A DNA stretch of 64,000 nucleotides from an uncultured archaeon (GTDB lineage: Archaea > Asgardarchaeota > Lokiarchaeia > Sigyniarchaeales > SOKP01), in contig CAZALK010000010.1 in assembly GCA_964486045.1 (NCBI GenBank), positions 84,889 through 148,888 of the forward strand, written 5' to 3'. How positions within the stretch are numbered: the stretch's first letter is position 1; each line of letters opens with the position of its first letter. The notes under the pieces were generated by a model that was not told where the DNA came from, searched no databases, and saw only the letters and a list, made by a program, of their open reading frames with translations. Of the stretch, positions 51,983 through 62,467 are shown piece by piece. The translations under genes were made by a program, and so were the position numbers.

Positions 51983-52585
51983 ATGACGGATGATTTGCCT
52001 GAGAAATCTGAGAAAATTCAATTAGAAGGGATAATTGAAGAGGATAAAGTTCTAATCTCAGATGAGAGAGGAATTGAAGAATTTTATAATACCTCATATA
52101 TTGGATCTGTAGAGAAAAACACCAATGGGCAAGAAATATTAATCCTCGATGCAGTCGAGATTTTATTGTTATGTGAAAGAAGTAGGATATTAATTTGGGA
52201 AGATAATGACAAAAGCAAAGCATTACACGATTTTGAGAGCTTGATAACTTATTTTACCCAATTTGATGAGCGTTTATGGTATAAATATATAATTTATATG
52301 GATCTAAGAAAAAGAGGATACATTGTTCGTACCGGTTATGGGGAAGGATTAGAGTTTCGTGTTTATAAGAGAGGTGCTGATTTTGAAAACGATTCTGCGA
52401 AATTTTTAATATATCCTGTATTTGAAGGAAGTCCTATTGAATTAAGAGATCTAGATAAAATGTCCCGAGTTGCATTAAGTTCACGTAAAGATTTATTAGT
52501 AGCAACTGTAGATAGATTGAGTAAACCAATTTATTACAGTGTAAAGAAATTTCAAATTTTGAACAAGGAAGAGAGAATTGAATAA
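51983..52585 (+). CDS. endA: tRNA-splicing endonuclease subunit (probably structural/non-catalytic)
   Basis: YMDLRKRGYIVRTG..FRVY..SRK pattern; catalytic Tyr and His positions appear substituted. Confidence 0.85.
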   Translation: MTDDLPEKSEKIQLEGIIEEDKVLISDERGIEEFYNTSYIGSVEKNTNGQEILILDAVEILLLCERSRILIWEDNDKSKALHDFESLITYFTQFDERLWYKYIIYMDLRKRGYIVRTGYGEGLEFRVYKRGADFENDSAKFLIYPVFEGSPIELRDLDKMSRVALSSRKDLLVATVDRLSKPIYYSVKKFQILNKEERIE

Positions 52586-54243
52586 TGACAGATAAGTTTG
52601 TATGTGATACTTCTGTAATATTTAATGGGTTAATCCTTGATCTTATTGAAGATGGAGAACTGGGTGAGAATCCTGAGATTTTAATACCTAATGTTGTCGT
52701 TGCTGAAATCGAATATAGAACGAATATTCACAAAGAAATTGGATTTTTTGGTTTAAACGTTTTAAAAACCTTACGTGAGTTAAATAATGCTGAAAAAATT
52801 AAGCTACAGATTGCAGGTAAACGGCCAACTAGAGAAGAAATAAAAATGGCACCAGGAGGAGAACTTGATGCCCTAATAAGAGAAATAACGCTACAAAATG
52901 ATGCCTCTTTAATAACTGCTGATAGAATTCAAGGTGACGTTGGAATTTTTGAAGGATTGGATGTTTTCTTCGTGAAGGAGAGAGGGATCCATAAACCAAA
53001 AGAACCTCTTTCTCTTAAACTAATAGATTATTTTGATGATAAGACAATGAGTGTGCATCTCAAAAGGAATCTACCTGCTTATGCGAAGAGAGGATCACCC
53101 GGAAATTGGCTATTAGAAAGAATTGATAATGAAGTGATTACCCCTAAGCTCATTGAAGATATTGCTCTTGAAGTAATTGAGAATGTACGGGAAGATGATC
53201 ATTCCTTTATTGAGATTGAGAAAATTGGAGCCGTAGTTGCTCAATTAAGGGAATTTAGAATAGTTATTACAAGACCTCCCTTTTCTAATGATGTCGAGAT
53301 CACTGCTGTTCGACCACTTGTGAGTTTGAAACTATCTGACTATTCTATTGATGCAAAATTACAAAACAGATTAGAAACAGCAGAAGGTATTTTAGTATGT
53401 GGATCTCCCGGAGCTGGGAAAAGCACCTTTTGCGCAGCATTGGCAAATTTTTACTTAAGTCAAAATAAAGTAGTAAAAACATTAGAAAGTGTGAGAGATT
53501 TACAAGTAAGCCCAGAAATTACTCAATACACAAAATTAGAAGGAAACCTTGAAAATTCAGCTGATATTCTTCTACTCGTTAGACCCGACTTTACAATTTT
53601 TGATGAAGTAAGAACTACCAAAGATTTTGAAATTTATGCTGATTTTCGTTTATCTGGTGTAGGAATGGTTGGTGTTGTTCACTCCTCTTCAGCAATAAAC
53701 GCAATCCAAAGGTTTATTGGTCGAATAGAACTTGGCATGTTACCTTCAATAATAGATACAATAATCTTTATCGAGGGTGGTGATATTTCTGCGGTATTAG
53801 TTATAAAAATGACTGTCAAAGTTCCATCAGGATTTAGAGATAAAGATTTAGCTCGCCCTGTAGTTGAAGTAAGAGATTATAAGACACATCAACTTGAGTT
53901 TGAAATCTATTCTTTTGGACAGGACATTGTAATTAATCCAATAAGACCTCAAAAACCAAAATATAAACCACCCCAAAATAAAGGATTTAAATCTTATAGA
54001 AAAAGCAAATTTAAAGAAGTAAGAATCAATCTTGAAACTGAAGTTACAAAAGATAAAGTGATTCTTAAGGCTCCTCCTCAATATGCAAGTGAGAATGTTG
54101 TTGTATTTGCTGACCAAGATGAGATTTTTACAGGCTCATTTAGTAGAAAAAGTGAAATTAATTTATCATTATCAAATAAAGAAGGTAGAAGAATTCTTAA
54201 AGAAATAGATCGAAATAAAGATATTTATGCAATGATAAAATGA
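52585..54243 (+). CDS. PINA-type ATPase (PIN + secretion-type ATPase + KH-like tail)
   Basis: FVCDTSV PIN start; GSPGAGKST; DEVR; RLSGVGMVGVVH; DLARPVVEV. Confidence 0.92.
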   Translation: MTDKFVCDTSVIFNGLILDLIEDGELGENPEILIPNVVVAEIEYRTNIHKEIGFFGLNVLKTLRELNNAEKIKLQIAGKRPTREEIKMAPGGELDALIREITLQNDASLITADRIQGDVGIFEGLDVFFVKERGIHKPKEPLSLKLIDYFDDKTMSVHLKRNLPAYAKRGSPGNWLLERIDNEVITPKLIEDIALEVIENVREDDHSFIEIEKIGAVVAQLREFRIVITRPPFSNDVEITAVRPLVSLKLSDYSIDAKLQNRLETAEGILVCGSPGAGKSTFCAALANFYLSQNKVVKTLESVRDLQVSPEITQYTKLEGNLENSADILLLVRPDFTIFDEVRTTKDFEIYADFRLSGVGMVGVVHSSSAINAIQRFIGRIELGMLPSIIDTIIFIEGGDISAVLVIKMTVKVPSGFRDKDLARPVVEVRDYKTHQLEFEIYSFGQDIVINPIRPQKPKYKPPQNKGFKSYRKSKFKEVRINLETEVTKDKVILKAPPQYASENVVVFADQDEIFTGSFSRKSEINLSLSNKEGRRILKEIDRNKDIYAMIK

Positions 54244-54256
54244 GGTAAATTGTAAG

Positions 54257-55078
54257 TTAGAATTCAATCATACCTGATTTCTTCAATAATATTAATCCCT
54301 CTAATATCCATATTGGTCTCCACCAAGGTAAGTTCTGATAGACTATTTTAAGACCACCATCTTCTGTAATTCCATTAAAATAATTATCTGCTTCACTTTC
54401 TATCACTTTAGGATCGACTACATCAAAAGCATGATACCAAGCCCGACTAAACAAAGGATAATGTTCCTTATTATTTTCAAAAAGAATAGGGAGTTGAGTG
54501 ATAATTTGTTGTAGCATTTTTTTTTCCTCATTGGTTTCTCCTAAGTATTTCAGGTATATAAAATACGGATAATCATAAAATTTTAATTCTTTAGGAAGAG
54601 TGCTTTTTAAATAATAATCTTTTATTTTTTTAAAAAAAGTAGTATCTTTTAATCCCCACTTTTTAAGAAAGCCTGCTAAAGAAAATATTCTCAGATCATC
54701 AGAACTACCCCACCATTCTTGAAATGGATAATTATTCATATTTTTAGGAGGATGGTTAATAAAACCTTCTTCATTCTGTTCTTTAATAATCCAGCTAAAT
54801 AGTTGATCCGTGATATCTTTATCGGTATATTCCAAGAGATCAAGATAATACATCGAAGTTTCAGCACCAATCGCAGTACTGTCTTGACATAATAGATCTG
54901 GTTCAATTCCATTACCAAAGCCTCCATCCAAATTCTGATACGCCATTAAAGCCTTAACAGCGTCGCCCCTATCTCCATTTTCAAAAAAGAATGAAAAAAG
55001 CCTTCTCTCGAGGAGCCTTCCATTTTTAAATATAAACTCTTTTATCTTTTCAATCTGATTCTCATCAATAGTTCTCAT
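54257..55078 (-). CDS. Prenyltransferase/squalene-cyclase-like alpha-toroid hypothetical protein
   Basis: GRLLERRLF..YQNLDGGFGNGIEPD. Confidence 0.65.
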   Translation of the reverse strand: MRTIDENQIEKIKEFIFKNGRLLERRLFSFFFENGDRGDAVKALMAYQNLDGGFGNGIEPDLLCQDSTAIGAETSMYYLDLLEYTDKDITDQLFSWIIKEQNEEGFINHPPKNMNNYPFQEWWGSSDDLRIFSLAGFLKKWGLKDTTFFKKIKDYYLKSTLPKELKFYDYPYFIYLKYLGETNEEKKMLQQIITQLPILFENNKEHYPLFSRAWYHAFDVVDPKVIESEADNYFNGITEDGGLKIVYQNLPWWRPIWILEGLILLKKSGMIEF

Positions 55079-55204
55079 AAAATATACCGTATCATATTAT
55101 TACAAATATTAAAACAGAGTATTTATTTATTGATTTTCATTTAAGAGTATTACCCTTACTAATGATTCTCTTCAAAGTCTATAATATATGTGGGGAAGAA
55201 ATCT

Positions 55205-55966
55205 TTATTTTTTATCTTTCAATGCATTTCTTACTTTTTCCATAATAGGGGGGAGTACGTCTTCAATTAGATCATCAAATCTTATATCTGTCACCCTATC
55301 ATAGGGTGTTTCACCTTTATTTATGATTATCAACTTTGCACCATTCTTCTTAGCGATACCTGGCATATTCGCAGCTGGAGAGACAACAAGAGATGATCCA
55401 ATTACAAAAAATACATCAGAATTTTGTGAGCGAAGTGCAGCTTCTTCGAGTTCATCATAAGGTAGAGGATCTCCAAAATCAACTATACTGTTAATTAATC
55501 TACCCCCACAATGCGGACATTTTGGTTGATCTTCTCGAACTGGGGATTGTCTCATTCCACGACCCCACTTAGCTTTATCCCATCCCGCTTCTTCAAATAA
55601 CATCTTTTTATTACATGATAAACATTTCATGAAAAATTGATTCCCATGAAGCTCACTCATAATTTCAAATGGAACCCCTGACTTAGCATGTAGCCCATCT
55701 ATATTTTGGGAAATAACAAAATCTAATTTTCCCATTTCCATTAACTCCACTACTGAAAAATGATTTGCATTAGGTTTTGCCTGATCCCATGGTACTTTTG
55801 GTTTTTTAGGGGGTAAACCTTTATCTCTTCTTGTCCATAACCCATCTGGTCCACGAAAATCAGGTATACCACTTCCAGTGGAGCACCCAGCACCAGTAAA
55901 TACAACTAACCGTTCTGACTCAGTGATCAATTTAGCAGCCAGATCAATTTTTTCTTCTAAATCCAT
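55205..55966 (-). CDS. cobB: NAD-dependent protein deacylase (sirtuin)
   Basis: TGAGCSTGSGIPDFRG, SQNIDGLH, ELHG, GSSL, zinc CxxC pairs. Confidence 0.93.
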   Translation of the reverse strand: MDLEEKIDLAAKLITESERLVVFTGAGCSTGSGIPDFRGPDGLWTRRDKGLPPKKPKVPWDQAKPNANHFSVVELMEMGKLDFVISQNIDGLHAKSGVPFEIMSELHGNQFFMKCLSCNKKMLFEEAGWDKAKWGRGMRQSPVREDQPKCPHCGGRLINSIVDFGDPLPYDELEEAALRSQNSDVFFVIGSSLVVSPAANMPGIAKKNGAKLIIINKGETPYDRVTDIRFDDLIEDVLPPIMEKVRNALKDKK

Positions 55967-56197
55967 AAAATACAGAAAAAAAGAGGATTTAAAAAGATTT
56001 TTGAAAAAAGGGTATTATCTCACGAAACTATTCTATAGGTCAGTAACAATGAAAAACTGGTGTATTTTATATACTTTATTTTTAAAATGGATTTGTTAAT
56101 TATAAGTCATATAACAAAACAGATTCTGTGGCTTTAGATTTTGCTTTAACTAAAGTTTAAATAAAAAATAAAAGACTAATAACTAGAAAATAAGGGG

Positions 56198-56602
56198 TTG
56201 AGGATTATTTTCACATATACCGTACAATTTGATGAAGAAGCGTTAAAAAGTAGTGGAGAACATTATATTAATGTTGATGTTACAAAACGACAATTGAAGC
56301 TAATTAGAGGTATCTCTAAAATTATCTGCGAGTTTATAAACATACCCGAATTGCCAATGAAAGCTGCTACACTGAACGCACTCAGAGAATGGCAAATAAA
56401 GAATAATTTGTCAATTGCGGAGATCCCAAAAATGCCGATTGGGAAAAGTTTAAACGCCGTGAAAGAAATTTTTTGTATCGGTAAAAGAATTGTCAAGGAA
56501 ATGGTTAAAGATCCCATAGAAAAAAATAAGATTATGATAGATGTAGTTTTTGAAAAAGGTTTTATGTCCTTTTTGGAATATTATAGTCAAAATCGATGTT
56601 AA
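56198..56602 (+). CDS. Hypothetical protein
   Basis: 134-aa ORF filling the gap between neighbours; no recognised motif. Confidence 0.6.
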   Translation: MRIIFTYTVQFDEEALKSSGEHYINVDVTKRQLKLIRGISKIICEFINIPELPMKAATLNALREWQIKNNLSIAEIPKMPIGKSLNAVKEIFCIGKRIVKEMVKDPIEKNKIMIDVVFEKGFMSFLEYYSQNRC

Positions 56603-57333
56603 CACTTAATTTCTAAAATTTTTATAAGAAGCCTTAAATTTCTTTCTAAATTGTAGTATTTTATCATTTCTAGTGGTTCTTCAATATTGTTTAGACTAGA
56701 AACACTATGAGAATCACAGCCTATCGCTACAGGAATATTACTATCTCTTAATTTTTCAAAAAATATTTCATTTTGACGGGAATAATAAGTAGGATAACTT
56801 GGATTAAATTCAAAATAAATAGAATAATTTTTGAGGAAAGAAATTAATATATCAAGGTTTCCATAAATAAAATAGGATGGATCAAAATGCGCTAATCCGA
56901 TAATTGGTAGTTCACCTATATTGCGTACTGTTCTTTTCCAAAAATCAATAATGTTTTTCATAAATGCAATTGTATTAAGATCTTGTAGATATTCAAATAA
57001 AATCAAGTCGAATTTAGATGCATGAATATTTTTTTTTATGAATCGTACAGAACTCCCTAAATCGACTTCAAGACCCTTAAAAACTCTCAAGTTGTTACCA
57101 TATTCTCTGATATGATTCTGACAAGCAGTTATTTCTCCTAAATATTCTGAGATACTATCAACATCTTTTAAGTTTGTCACCCAATCTTTCCATGAATCTG
57201 TAAAATGGTCCGTTATAGCTATATAATCTAAATCTAGCTTTAAAGCGCTTTGGACTATTGTTCTAATGCTATCTTTTCCATCTGAAAAAGTTGAATGAAT
57301 ATGAAGATTCATTTCTGGTAAAGACATTTTCAT
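56599..57333 (-). CDS. PHP-domain phosphoesterase
   Basis: NLHIHSTFSDG, AITDH, GLE, LAH, GCDSH. Confidence 0.9.
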   Translation of the reverse strand: MKMSLPEMNLHIHSTFSDGKDSIRTIVQSALKLDLDYIAITDHFTDSWKDWVTNLKDVDSISEYLGEITACQNHIREYGNNLRVFKGLEVDLGSSVRFIKKNIHASKFDLILFEYLQDLNTIAFMKNIIDFWKRTVRNIGELPIIGLAHFDPSYFIYGNLDILISFLKNYSIYFEFNPSYPTYYSRQNEIFFEKLRDSNIPVAIGCDSHSVSSLNNIEEPLEMIKYYNLERNLRLLIKILEIKC

Positions 57334-57348
57334 TATTTGATAAAGAAA

Positions 57349-59238
57349 TTAAATTCCCAGAGTTTTTGTTTCTCGGTTTAAATACAAACTTAATGGACCA
57401 CTAAATAGTAAAATAGTCCCAAAAAACGTAAGAAAAGCAATAAAAAGAAATTCCCCTGTTTTTTGAGGTACTATTGTGCCTCCAAATATGATAGATTCTA
57501 TTGAAATAACCTCAAATGTGATTAAAGCGATTAGTGAAAAAATGAATATTGAAGATGCAATCTGTACAACTCCAATAATTATATTTATGTAATAGATTAA
57601 TTTTGATTTAGTTTTTCTTAGTTCTATTATTCTACCAATCCCAATATCTATAGCCACTTCTTTCTTGGATATCCTTGTTGTGAAAAAATAAACTAATTCT
57701 TTAAGAGGTATAATATCGAAAAAAATTGTACCAAGTGTAAATATGCAAATAAAAATTAAAGTACGGAGTAATCCTAAAGAAAACACGGTTGTAAATCCAA
57801 GTAAGGAAGAAGAGATTGTGCCTAAATTATTCAAAACCCAGATAAAAGAACCAACAAGAAGAAATGCAATTAACTTTAAACCTGCGAGTGTAAAAACTAT
57901 TGAATGCCGATCTGCAATTGTCAATATATAGTATGTAATCCCTATTATGAATATAATTATACCTAAGATAACGGCAGTTGGATTTAAAGCAAAGGCTAAA
58001 ATTAAACAACTAGATCCGATGAGTATTGGTAAATAAGGGAAAAAAGGAGCTTTAAACGGACGATCTAGTTCTTTTCTTTTATATCTAAGAATCACAGCAG
58101 CAAAATTTACAAATGCTAAGCCGAAGAAATAAATGAAAGTTGTGATATTAGCCGTCAATCCGATGTTTGCAAATATGAGTGCTAAAATTGTGAATATTAT
58201 AGTGATTCCTGTAGTTATTAGTAGTGCTAATGTCGGAACTTTTGTCTTCTTGTTTACTTTCAGTAATTTTTGTGACACATAGTTATCCCTCGCTAGCGCA
58301 TACATAACACTTACAGCTGATCCTAAAGCAGAACTCATCGCTATAAATGTTGATATTGTTGCTGCAATGCCCATCAATAAGTATCCCGGAAATCCTAATA
58401 TATTGTTAAGGATTAAAGCTAATAAAATTGGGGAATCACCTAATCCTGTTGGGTTGTTACCAATATTAATCATTACAACTAAGGTTATAGAAATATATAT
58501 AAATAAAGTTATCAAAATTGCAAAAATGTTGGTTTTGGGTATATTTTTTGAAGGGTTTTTTAAATCTGCATTTAGATAAGCTAGATTTGATGTGATCCCT
58601 GTAAAAAAAATAAACAATAGAGAGAACATGAGAATTACACTAAAAAAGGTAGTACTTGAAGAGAGAAATGTTGGGTCATAATTAGAAGTGTTAGTAATTG
58701 GGGCTATTAAAAAGCCTGAAATTATAAAAATACCAAAAATAATTAGTAATACAACAGTTAAAGAAACTAAAGTTCTTAAAGCAATTTTTTGAGTTCTAAA
58801 CACTACTAATGCTGTAAAAAGAATTGAAATTATAGCAATAAGAATGAAGAAGTTTTTCGTAGTTGGCAATGGGAAGAAGGCTTCAATGACAGTAACAAAG
58901 GCTTGAGCAGAAAATGAGAATGTTGCGATATTAGCGATCCATAAAAAAAAACCAATGATAAACGCTAAAAAACCCCCTAGTGCCTCTTTTCCAAAATTGT
59001 AAGCACCTCCAGAAATAGGTAAGCTAGTTGATAACTCACTATAGTTTAAAGCAGTAATAAATATTAAAATTCCGCCAAGTATTAAACTTATTAACACACC
59101 AGATTGAGCGATAAGGATGGCGCTTCCCAATAAAACAAAGATTGATCCACCTATTCCACAACCAATACCATAAAGGATTCCAGTTGATAAGCTAACTGAT
59201 CTTGCCTGAAAAACAGCTTCTTGTTCTTTTTCTGTCAA
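57349..59238 (-). CDS. APC-family amino acid permease with extra C-terminal TM helices
   Basis: IGGSIF, YSELSTSLPISGGAY, KNPSKNIPK, RPFKAPFFP. Confidence 0.9.
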   Translation of the reverse strand: MTEKEQEAVFQARSVSLSTGILYGIGCGIGGSIFVLLGSAILIAQSGVLISLILGGILIFITALNYSELSTSLPISGGAYNFGKEALGGFLAFIIGFFLWIANIATFSFSAQAFVTVIEAFFPLPTTKNFFILIAIISILFTALVVFRTQKIALRTLVSLTVVLLIIFGIFIISGFLIAPITNTSNYDPTFLSSSTTFFSVILMFSLLFIFFTGITSNLAYLNADLKNPSKNIPKTNIFAILITLFIYISITLVVMINIGNNPTGLGDSPILLALILNNILGFPGYLLMGIAATISTFIAMSSALGSAVSVMYALARDNYVSQKLLKVNKKTKVPTLALLITTGITIIFTILALIFANIGLTANITTFIYFFGLAFVNFAAVILRYKRKELDRPFKAPFFPYLPILIGSSCLILAFALNPTAVILGIIIFIIGITYYILTIADRHSIVFTLAGLKLIAFLLVGSFIWVLNNLGTISSSLLGFTTVFSLGLLRTLIFICIFTLGTIFFDIIPLKELVYFFTTRISKKEVAIDIGIGRIIELRKTKSKLIYYINIIIGVVQIASSIFIFSLIALITFEVISIESIIFGGTIVPQKTGEFLFIAFLTFFGTILLFSGPLSLYLNRETKTLGI

Positions 59239-59300
59239 GATTGAATCATTAAAATAGTAAAAAGTTTCTCTATTTATAACATTTATTTTATTTTAGTAGT

Positions 59301-60761
59301 TTATGATTTCTCAAGATGGAATATTCCTGAAATGATTGAAAGAATTGCTCCAATTAAAAGGAAAATAACTATTAAAAAGGAATTTATATTAACTTCTCCT
59401 AAGTCAATCACATTAGCAAATATCCCTATTGCCCATATTATGAAAAATATCCCAAACCCAATTAATATACCCCCAAAAAATTTTGAAGCTCTATAAATAG
59501 CAGATAACACTTCTAACCGATGTATTCTGCTCTCTTTATCCCTAATTTCTTTTTCTTGATTTTTTAGCTCTTCTTTTAATTGGAGAAGTATGATTTTTGA
59601 ATCATTAGTACTACTATCTATAGCTTCTTTAGCTTTTACCAATTTTCCATGCTCAATTTCCATATGAGATAATTTCTCTGTTAAAGCCTCAAGACGTTGT
59701 TCTCTCTCAATATATTCTGTATTTGAGGTTTGAATGTCTTTTTTCAAATCTTCTACTCTTGTTTCATTTGCATCTATTAAATTTTGTTTGCTACTTAATT
59801 GTTCGTCTAAAGATTCTACAGTTTGATCCACTTCTTGAATACGAGATTCAATTTCTATTAATTGTTGTTGTTTATCAGTAAGCTGGATCTTATATTTTGA
59901 GAGAAGTTCTTCATAAGTTTCTCTTTGTCTCTCCATTTCAGGAAATCCATCATGATATTCCTCAAATTTTTGCCCTATTTCCTTTATTCTTCTCTCTTTT
60001 TTCTCAATTTGTTCTGCTAATAACTTTTTTTCTTCTTCTTTAGCATCTATTTCGATATTGGAATGTTCGAGTTCAATCTTATTTTTGCTAATTGTTATTT
60101 TTAAGGTTTCATTTTCAGCGCGTTGGCTCCTCAGTTTTTTCTCTAGAGCTTCAGATTCTTCTCTTTGTTTTTCAAGATTTATTTCATGTCCTTGAATTTC
60201 TTGATTCAATTTTGAAGTCTTATTCCGTAGTTCTTCTTGTGAGGCAATTTTTTCTTTTACTGAATCGGTTAGAACTATTAGATCAACCTGTCTACTTTCA
60301 TAAGTCAGAATTAATTGTTCGTTATTCCTCAAAAGCTCTTTATATTCTTGATCTAAGTTTTCCTTACTCTCTTTAGTAATATTTAATCTTTCATCCAAAT
60401 TATTCATTTCTTCATTTTTTCGATTATACTTATCTTCTAGTGTGGATATCGTTTCCCCAATCACAGCCAAATATTCTTCCTTATCATCAATCTTTTTGTT
60501 GAGTGCATCAAGCTTTATTTGAGATTCTTTTATTTCAATACTCAATTCCGAAATATCCTTTTCTCTAATCCCCTTTTTCTCTACTATCTCTCCATTTGTA
60601 ATAGTTTCAGTTATATTTTCAATTGTATTTGCAAAAGTCCTCAGCTTTTTATCAATTATATCTCTGGAATTCTTTGCTTTAGATAAAAATTCCTTATCTA
60701 CCTTCTTTAACTCCTTATCTGATTTACTATCCTTCTCTTCGCTCTTGTATTCGTCTGTCAT
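59301..60761 (-). CDS. Long coiled-coil protein with two C-terminal TM helices
   Basis: About 420 aa E/K/Q heptads then two hydrophobic segments. Confidence 0.8.
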   Translation of the reverse strand: MTDEYKSEEKDSKSDKELKKVDKEFLSKAKNSRDIIDKKLRTFANTIENITETITNGEIVEKKGIREKDISELSIEIKESQIKLDALNKKIDDKEEYLAVIGETISTLEDKYNRKNEEMNNLDERLNITKESKENLDQEYKELLRNNEQLILTYESRQVDLIVLTDSVKEKIASQEELRNKTSKLNQEIQGHEINLEKQREESEALEKKLRSQRAENETLKITISKNKIELEHSNIEIDAKEEEKKLLAEQIEKKERRIKEIGQKFEEYHDGFPEMERQRETYEELLSKYKIQLTDKQQQLIEIESRIQEVDQTVESLDEQLSSKQNLIDANETRVEDLKKDIQTSNTEYIEREQRLEALTEKLSHMEIEHGKLVKAKEAIDSSTNDSKIILLQLKEELKNQEKEIRDKESRIHRLEVLSAIYRASKFFGGILIGFGIFFIIWAIGIFANVIDLGEVNINSFLIVIFLLIGAILSIISGIFHLEKS

Positions 60762-61408
60762 TGTGCCGTGCTTATGAATATTGGATTTTTAATACCTTTA
60801 CCTCATCTAGAATTAGAATGTAGAATTATAAAAATTAATTACTGAATTTGCAAAAATAGTTTTTTTGTTCAAATAGGTGTTGATATAAATAGAACATTAT
60901 TTTGCACTTCAATTTGTATCTTATGAATTATACTTATTTCAGATATTTAAATTTTGATTTTTCTCTTTTTTTTTTGGAATTTGGACAAACTAAATGAATA
61001 AATTTAAATATTACCGATGTATAAATGATAAACTGGGTTTCTATATATCATTTACTCACTATTTATGGAGTTACTGTGTTTTTTACCTTGATTGAAAGAG
61101 ACTGGTAAAACTTTGCATATGTTATATAGTTAGTCAAACGCAGAAATCTTTCAATATCTTCAATACTTTTCAAAAAGTCTAGCAAATATTTTACATTTTT
61201 CGTTGAAATTATACAAAAAATGTTTTCCCAAGATTTTTTACTGAATATATATCGTTAAAACTTTTAGATCAATTTTTTAATAATTATTTCATGTAAGTAG
61301 AATGATCCATTCATAATATTGCAAACATTTTTATGATTTGGTAACTCTTTGTTTGACCCCCGCATCATACAAGATACTAATGACTAAGCTTTCTGTTTAG
61401 TAAAACTA

Positions 61409-62392
61409 TTAAGAATTTTTATATCTACTTGTTTCTATTAAATTCATTGTTTCTTCATATGAAGTGTCGGGCATAGGTCCAAATGACTCTACTTTCAAAG
61501 CTCCTACAGCATTTGAAAATAATCCGATTTTTTGAAGATCCCAACCCTTGAGGTAGCCCACTATAAATGCTCCCGCAAAAGCATCTCCTGCTCCTGTGGG
61601 ATCTACCTCATTTACATCAAAACCTGTTATTTTTATACCTTTTGGGTTATCAGTAGTAAAAATTGTGCATCCTTCTTTTCCTTGTTTAAGAACGACTATG
61701 CTCGGGCCTATTTCGAGTAATCTTTGACAGGCTTCTTTTGGTCCCTTGACTTTGGCTAATATTTCAGCTTCTTCACCGCTTGGAAGCAAAATTTCTGTTG
61801 TTTTTAAGATTGGTATGCTTATCTTTAGAATTTCATCTAAATCCAACATTTCTGTCCTAATATTTGGGTCAAAAGAGATTATCACATCTGGACCTTTTTT
61901 TTTTGCCACCTGAATAGCTTTTAAGCATGCATTTTGAGATTTTTTACTAATAGAGAGAGCACTTCCCATAATGTGGAGGTTTTTTATATCTTTAAAGTAA
62001 TTATCTTTTATATCCTCCGGAGAGGTTTCTCCAGCAGCTCCCTTAGAAAATATAAATTTACGAGATCCATCAGAATTATATTGATTGAACGCAATGCCTG
62101 TAGGCTCTGATTCTGATACTCTAATGTGAGACAGATCGATATTATCTTTCTGTAACTTCCTAATAATGCATTCTCCAAACTCATCATTTCCAATGACTCC
62201 TATGTATCCTGTTGTTAATTTAAAAGGTTTTGACATACGAGCAGCAGAGCTAATAAAATTAGCTGGAGCCCCACTTGGGTAAGGCCCTTTATAATTTGCT
62301 CCAATTATTCCATGTGGAGTATCCAATTCTGTGCGCGTTATTTCAACTAGTAATTCACCTAAAGAAATGATATCCGGACACATAATTTTCAT
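61409..62392 (-). CDS. PfkB-family carbohydrate kinase
   Basis: SGAPAN, FDPNIR, VDPTGAGDAF. Confidence 0.93.
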   Translation of the reverse strand: MKIMCPDIISLGELLVEITRTELDTPHGIIGANYKGPYPSGAPANFISSAARMSKPFKLTTGYIGVIGNDEFGECIIRKLQKDNIDLSHIRVSESEPTGIAFNQYNSDGSRKFIFSKGAAGETSPEDIKDNYFKDIKNLHIMGSALSISKKSQNACLKAIQVAKKKGPDVIISFDPNIRTEMLDLDEILKISIPILKTTEILLPSGEEAEILAKVKGPKEACQRLLEIGPSIVVLKQGKEGCTIFTTDNPKGIKITGFDVNEVDPTGAGDAFAGAFIVGYLKGWDLQKIGLFSNAVGALKVESFGPMPDTSYEETMNLIETSRYKNS

Positions 62393-62467
62393 CCGTTTTT
62401 TGTTTTAACTATTTTTTTTAAAAAGAATATATACAGAAACCAAAATTATGAATTATTTATAATAATC

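Noticed and set aside
60762-61408. Replication origin or ncRNA in the 650-bp AT-rich intergenic region
   Set aside because: No ORB-like repeats, no adjacent cdc6/orc1, no convincing structure; a weak resemblance to the pfkB tail was not in frame
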